Sequence record: MT446387.1
Length of the DNA stretch: 64,000 nt
Reading direction: 5' to 3' (one strand)
DNA from: Escherichia phage TH09
The notes below the pieces were generated by a model, which worked only from the letters and a program-made list of their open reading frames with translations, searched no databases and was not told where the DNA came from. Within the stretch, counting starts at the first letter, position 1. Each line of letters opens with the position of its first letter. A program made the translations under genes and the position numbers. Positions 58,668-64,000 of this stretch are shown piece after piece.

Positions 58668-59261
58668 ATGAACACACTGAAGAAAATTGTTGAGTTTATT
58701 CGCACTAAACTTGGTTCTGCTATGGCTAAAAATTTATCTGTTGAAGAACAGTATACTGCTGCAGCAGCAAAACTACTTGATAAAATTAAAGATCTAAAAA
58801 CTGCTTCTATTAAATCTATTAATGAAGAAAAACGTATTCGTGAACTTGTTATCGAAAAGAATCGACAAGCCGAATCAAAAGAGCGTGAAATTCGTAAACT
58901 TCTTTCCGAAGGTCAAGATGTAACAATGCATGCTAAACTCGGTTTACTATATCGCCGAACAGCTGAGCAGTTGACTACTAAAGCTGACGGTTATGCTGAA
59001 ATGCGAATTGAAATCGCCAAGAAAGTAGTTGAGTTAGATGATGCCCGTCAAGAACTTGCAGTTAAATTGGAATATATCCGTGAAACTCGTGCGGCAAATG
59101 CCCTTGGAATTAGTACTGCCGATGATGTAGTTGAAATTGCAGCACTGACTAAGGTTGATATTGAAGATACCCTTGCTCGAGTTGAAACCTTTAATGGTAA
59201 TATTTCTGGGGTTGAAACTACCTCTGCCGATGTTCAGGAATACATTAATTCTCTGAAATAA
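58668..59261 (+). CDS. coiled-coil protein with PspA/IM30-like character (197 aa), tentative
   Basis: Strongly helical, charged heptad-like sequence; segments resemble PspA-family proteins as recalled (for example ...[11 protein letters not shown]...). Not verified by search. Confidence 0.45.
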   Translation: MNTLKKIVEFIRTKLGSAMAKNLSVEEQYTAAAAKLLDKIKDLKTASIKSINEEKRIRELVIEKNRQAESKEREIRKLLSEGQDVTMHAKLGLLYRRTAEQLTTKADGYAEMRIEIAKKVVELDDARQELAVKLEYIRETRAANALGISTADDVVEIAALTKVDIEDTLARVETFNGNISGVETTSADVQEYINSLK

Positions 59262-59275
59262 TGATAAGGGGCTTC

Positions 59276-59291
59276 GGCCCCTATTACTTGG
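59276..59291 (+). terminator. stable UUCG hairpin without a clear U-tract (possible RNA-stability or processing element)
   Basis: aggggcTTCGgcccct between the ORFs at 58668 and 59303. Confidence 0.4.
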
Positions 59292-59302
59292 AGTAAATAG
59301 GA

Positions 59303-59908
59303 ATGAAAATGCAAAGTGATTTCAATTCAATGTTTGAAGAGTTCCAAAGACAAGTTGATGTTCCAGACCAATTACTAAATGCTCTTAAACGCATGGCAGA
59401 AGGACGTAATTACTATTGGAGCTCTTCATATGAAACTGATGAAAGTCTTTCTGGATTTTATAAAGGTAAAAAGTCTTTAATACGTCCTGGAATACTCATT
59501 AAAAGTATTGAATCAATTCATTCATTGACGTGTGATTTTGATGTTGAATTTACTGATTTCATTTCTCCTGAATGGACAGTTTGTTATTTAAACGACGATT
59601 ATGATTATCTTGGCGTTTATAGTTTAAGTGACGCATGGTTTAAACGTAATTTACAAAAGTCAAATTTGTTCTATATTGATACTACGGTAAAATTTCAGGG
59701 AAAGAAATATTTCTTTACTCTTATAGTTGACTCTGAAACAAAATATGAAAATAAGCGTATTCTTAGTAAAAAGAATATCTTAACTATCGTTGATGATCTT
59801 TTTGATAAATTCGTGGAAAATCCTAATTTTGAAAGCGATTTATTATTAGAAAAATTTGTTAAGGAATGTAGAGAATATGTCAAAGCCATCACTATACCTT
59901 CCAAGTAA
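59303..59908 (+). CDS. hypothetical protein (201 aa) sharing a C-terminal tail motif with the downstream membrane proteins
   Basis: ORF; C-terminus ...EKFVKECREYVK; its 3' end carries the ribosome-binding site of the next gene. Confidence 0.5.
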   Translation: MKMQSDFNSMFEEFQRQVDVPDQLLNALKRMAEGRNYYWSSSYETDESLSGFYKGKKSLIRPGILIKSIESIHSLTCDFDVEFTDFISPEWTVCYLNDDYDYLGVYSLSDAWFKRNLQKSNLFYIDTTVKFQGKKYFFTLIVDSETKYENKRILSKKNILTIVDDLFDKFVENPNFESDLLLEKFVKECREYVKAITIPSK

Positions 59909-60269
59909 ACCTGTGAAGTATGAACTAAAGCGTCAGCTAATTCCTACTGATGTATTAATAGGTCCTGTGACAGCTATATCATTTGTAATTCTATTGATTG
60001 TTGGAATGGTTATAGACTTTATGACTGATATTGAATCTGGCGTAATATTTTTGTTAGTATTAATTCTTCCATTAGTAGTTCCATTTTTATTGGTACCTGT
60101 AAATTGGGTAGGATATTGGTATCAAGGAAGGCATTATCGTAAACGTGTACGTGAATGGAAAGCTCAGTGTAAAAAGATTAAAAAGGAACACCAGCTTAAA
60201 CTAAATATGTATGAATTTAATGAAATTATGAAATTTGTTAAGGAATCACGATGCAAAAGCCAAAACTAA
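59877..60269 (+). CDS. small membrane protein, paralog A (about 130 aa, two predicted TM helices)
   Basis: Track ORF starts at a TTG; ATG at 59877 gives MSKPSLYLPSKP...; hydrophobic core then basic tail ending FVKESRCK. Confidence 0.55.
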   Translation: MSKPSLYLPSKPVKYELKRQLIPTDVLIGPVTAISFVILLIVGMVIDFMTDIESGVIFLLVLILPLVVPFLLVPVNWVGYWYQGRHYRKRVREWKAQCKKIKKEHQLKLNMYEFNEIMKFVKESRCKSQN

Positions 60270-60625
60270 ATAAAGTCAAATATTCTTTTTCTGAGTCATT
60301 TTTAATTTTTGCTGTGGCGTTGGCTGCAGCTCTTGCTGGTAGTCTTATTGGATTAATGATTGACTGTATTATTTTAAACATCCGCAGTAACGTCAGCGGT
60401 ATAGTAGATATAATAGAAGTTTGGAGTGAACTTCATTATACTATAGCGATTTCATTATTTTCATTCTTTGGTATTATTTTATATTTTCATTATGATAATT
60501 TTAAAATAAATTGGCAAAGAAAAAAGGATTACAAAATACAATTAAAAGAATATAATAACTACATGTCTTATATTGAAAATGAATCAATGAAAGAATTCGT
60601 GAATGATTGTAGGAAAATCAAATGA
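60251..60625 (+). CDS. small membrane protein, paralog B (124 aa, two predicted TM helices)
   Basis: ATG preceded by TAAGGAA; hydrophobic core then basic tail ending FVNDCRKIK. Confidence 0.55.
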   Translation: MQKPKLNKVKYSFSESFLIFAVALAAALAGSLIGLMIDCIILNIRSNVSGIVDIIEVWSELHYTIAISLFSFFGIILYFHYDNFKINWQRKKDYKIQLKEYNNYMSYIENESMKEFVNDCRKIK

Positions 60626-61091
60626 TTTTAAAAACTCGCTGGTATGATTTAGATGATGGGGACGATGGCATTTCAGTCGATAGAGTTGACTGGAGCGGCT
60701 GTTCTGAAGATACAAAGAAACGATTAATTAGGGAGTTTAGAATGGGATATCAAGCAGTTAAGCCATCTACTGTAACAGATGATAAATTCGTGTGTATTCA
60801 AAATGGTCGTGCTAAGTTAACGAACGCTGATTGGTTCACAGATAAGAAGGTTATTCTGTGGTATATTATTAGTTTTCCTGTGACATCATTTGTATTTTGC
60901 TTCTTTGGAGAAAGTCCAGTAGGCAGAACGGAAGATTGGATTCTTTTAATTATACTTGTTAATATTTTTACAGCAGCAGTACTATCAGGAATATGGTGCG
61001 TGTTCATTGAAATGCCATGGCGGTTACGTAGGCAGCAAAAGATTTTTGATGAAAAGAAATATACTCAAAATTTAAATAATTTTATCACTGA

Positions 61092-61110
<19 letters not shown>
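60622..61110 (+). CDS. small membrane protein, paralog C (162 aa; soluble N-domain plus two predicted TM helices)
   Basis: ATG overlaps the upstream stop (ATGA); tail ending FITECRKLK. Confidence 0.55.
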
Positions 61111-62079
<969 letters not shown>

Positions 62080-62083
62080 AGTT

Positions 62084-62120
62084 GTTTACTTTCTCCTAGA
62101 ATTGTGATAGTATATTCACA
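62084..62120 (+). promoter_or_regulatory. early-type promoter with stem-loop (tgtga / tcaca) enclosing the -10 (denV)
   Basis: GTTTAC at 62084; -10 region gatagtatatt inside an inverted repeat. Confidence 0.55.
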
Positions 62121-62138
62121 GTTAATTGGAGGGATAAA

Positions 62139-62555
62139 ATGACTCGTATTAATTTGACTTTAGTATCTGAACTTGCTGATCAACATTTAATCGCAGAATA
62201 CCGTGAATTGCCGCGTGTTTTTGGTATAGTTCGTAAGCATGTGGCAAACGGTAAGCGCGTTAAAGATTTTAAAATATCTTCCGAGTTTATTTTAGGTTCT
62301 GGTCATGTTACGTTCTTTTACGATAAGTTAGAATTTTTGCGAAAGCGTCAATTAGACATTATAACGGAATGCTTAAAACGCGGGTTCAGTATAAAAGATA
62401 CTGAAGTTCCTGACATCAGCGATATTCCAGTAGAATGGAAAAATGATTATAATCCATGCAAATCAGCTATTAAATTGAGTCAACAACGACTTGATGAAAA
62501 AATTTTAATGAAACCACATTGGTATAAGTATTACGGTAAAAATATTTACATTTAA
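62139..62555 (+). CDS. denV: endonuclease V (pyrimidine dimer DNA glycosylase)
   Basis: 138-aa ORF matching recalled T4 endo V ([17 protein letters not shown]...). Confidence 0.9.
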   Translation: MTRINLTLVSELADQHLIAEYRELPRVFGIVRKHVANGKRVKDFKISSEFILGSGHVTFFYDKLEFLRKRQLDIITECLKRGFSIKDTEVPDISDIPVEWKNDYNPCKSAIKLSQQRLDEKILMKPHWYKYYGKNIYI

Positions 62556-62564
62556 AGGAAACAT

Positions 62565-63038
62565 ATGAAAACATATCAAGAATTTATCACTGAAGCAGCT
62601 ATTAATTCTCAAATTATTGCTGAATCTTTTACTGATCTTTTGAAATTTAAAAAAGGTCAAAAAATCACTGCTGTATTGGATGATGGTACAGAAGTTGAGA
62701 TGGATGTACAGGGATATAATTATGCAGTAGATGGAAAATTGTATAATAAATCTCATGCTAAATTTGATTCATTTGACGACTTTGTTAATACAGTTGAAGA
62801 TGAAAAAACTCGTCGATCCATTGCAACTGGTGATGCTAAGGTTCTTATGGCACATGGTCATGAACGCATTCGCGCTAAACAGAATAAAATGGGCGAAGAT
62901 AATTTCGCATTAGTTGGTTATCAATCTGGTAAACAAACTTATGGTTATCAACGTACTGCTACCATGTATAATAAAAATGGTAAAATTGCCTTTGTGAATA
63001 GTAAAGGTTCTATTCAGTACGTTAAATCGTTCAAATAA
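62565..63038 (+). CDS. internal-protein-like protein with CTS-like N-terminus (157 aa)
   Basis: N-terminus MKTYQEFITEAAINS is almost the canonical T4 capsid targeting sequence. Confidence 0.6.
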   Translation: MKTYQEFITEAAINSQIIAESFTDLLKFKKGQKITAVLDDGTEVEMDVQGYNYAVDGKLYNKSHAKFDSFDDFVNTVEDEKTRRSIATGDAKVLMAHGHERIRAKQNKMGEDNFALVGYQSGKQTYGYQRTATMYNKNGKIAFVNSKGSIQYVKSFK

Positions 63039-63179
63039 TATGGGAACAAGCTGGACCTCATGATTCTGTGAGGGATTCCCGCCAACCTGTGATAAGGTCG
63101 AGCCTGAGTGCGGTAATGGGTAAATACAGAAATGGACAATTCATGCGCCACGGAATGGCCCAAATTTAGAGAGAATAAA

Positions 63180-63722
63180 ATGAGAACATTTTTAACTGGT
63201 CCTTATCTATCCCTGATGAATGCTTTTATACACCATTCTGATGCTAGAGTAGAAGAAATTTGTAATAGTGGATTTTATGTACCTGATTCGTCGCATTTAT
63301 TTAAAGAATATTGTACACTTCGACTAGATGGTGGACGTCAATCCGGTAAATCAATTGCTGTGACTAACTTTGCTGCTAATTGGCTGTATGATGGCGGAAC
63401 AGTTATTGTTCTTTCTAATACTTCAGCTTACGCTAAAATTTCTGCAAATAACATTAAAAAGGAATTTTCGCGTTATTCTAATGATGATATACGTTTTCGT
63501 TTATTTACTGATTCTGTGCGCAGTTTTATTGGTAATAAAGGAAGTAAGTTCAGAGGTTTATCGCTTTCGCGAATTTTGTATATAATTGATGAGCCTGTCA
63601 AATCTCCTGATATGGATAAGATTTATAGCGTCCATATTGACACTGTACACTACTGCTGTAATAGTAAATGTTGCATTGGTGGTATTACTCGTCCACAGTT
63701 TTTCGTAATCGGAATGCAATGA
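63180..63722 (+). CDS. hypothetical P-loop protein (180 aa)
   Basis: Track ORF starts at 63132; the ATG at 63180 has a GAGAG ribosome-binding site; Walker A-like GGRQSGKS and Walker B-like ILYIIDEP. Confidence 0.5.
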   Translation: MRTFLTGPYLSLMNAFIHHSDARVEEICNSGFYVPDSSHLFKEYCTLRLDGGRQSGKSIAVTNFAANWLYDGGTVIVLSNTSAYAKISANNIKKEFSRYSNDDIRFRLFTDSVRSFIGNKGSKFRGLSLSRILYIIDEPVKSPDMDKIYSVHIDTVHYCCNSKCCIGGITRPQFFVIGMQ

Positions 63723-64000
63723 TGACAGACACACAGCTTTTCGAATATCTCTATTTTTCGCCAAAAACTATTAAAAATAAATTGGTAAATCATTTTGAAA
63801 TTTTGGCAAATAATAACATTTTAAGCGAATTTTATCCCAAGCAATACAAATTACAAAAAGGCGTATTCAAAGGATGCAGAGTTTTGTGCACTGCTCCTAA
63901 TGCACGGCTAATGAATAAAATTCCATATTTTACCATGGAATTTATTGATGGGCCTTTTAAAGGACTAATCACCCAAAGTTTAATGGCATATGATTCTGAG
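63722..64000 (+). CDS. hypothetical protein, 5' part only (runs off the window end)
   Basis: ATG overlapping the upstream stop (TGATG); open to base 64000 (MTDTQLFEYLYFSPK...). Confidence 0.4.
   Translation, partial: MTDTQLFEYLYFSPKTIKNKLVNHFEILANNNILSEFYPKQYKLQKGVFKGCRVLCTAPNARLMNKIPYFTMEFIDGPFKGLITQSLMAYDSE

Overview
This window is a contiguous piece of a T4-like (Tequatrovirus-type) myovirus genome, close to but not identical to T4. All calls rest on reading the six-frame translations, gene order and motifs, and on recalled T4 protein sequences and lengths; no database search was run. Gene order is: 3' end of DNA ligase (gene 30), two tandem Alt ADP-ribosyltransferase paralogs, the baseplate hub block (54-48-29-28-27-51 on the minus strand, 26-25 on the plus strand), uvsY, uvsW, inh, hoc, RNA ligase 2, then a long minus-strand late-gene block (24, 23, 22, 21, 68, 67, 20, 19, 18, 17, 16, 15, 14, 13, wac, 12-6, 5.4, 5.1, 5, 53). 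The plus strand then carries 4, 2, 3, 1, 57A and 57B (the Acb1 anti-CBASS phosphodiesterase), followed by an accessory region. That region holds five genes whose products start with a capsid-targeting-sequence-like N-terminus (MKT[FY]xEF..E), early promoter/stem-loop cassettes, a 10-tRNA cluster (Gln, Leu, Gly, Pro, Ser, Thr, Ile-CAT, Tyr, Asn, Arg), a structured small-RNA region, a run of unknown ORFs, a PspA-like coiled-coil protein, and a translationally coupled array of three paralogous small membrane proteins, then nudE, lysozyme e and denV. Many late (TATAAATA), middle (MotA box plus -10) and early-type promoters and hairpin terminators are visible. The most interesting candidates for undescribed biology are the membrane-protein array with its neighbours and the expanded set of putatively injected CTS-bearing proteins.
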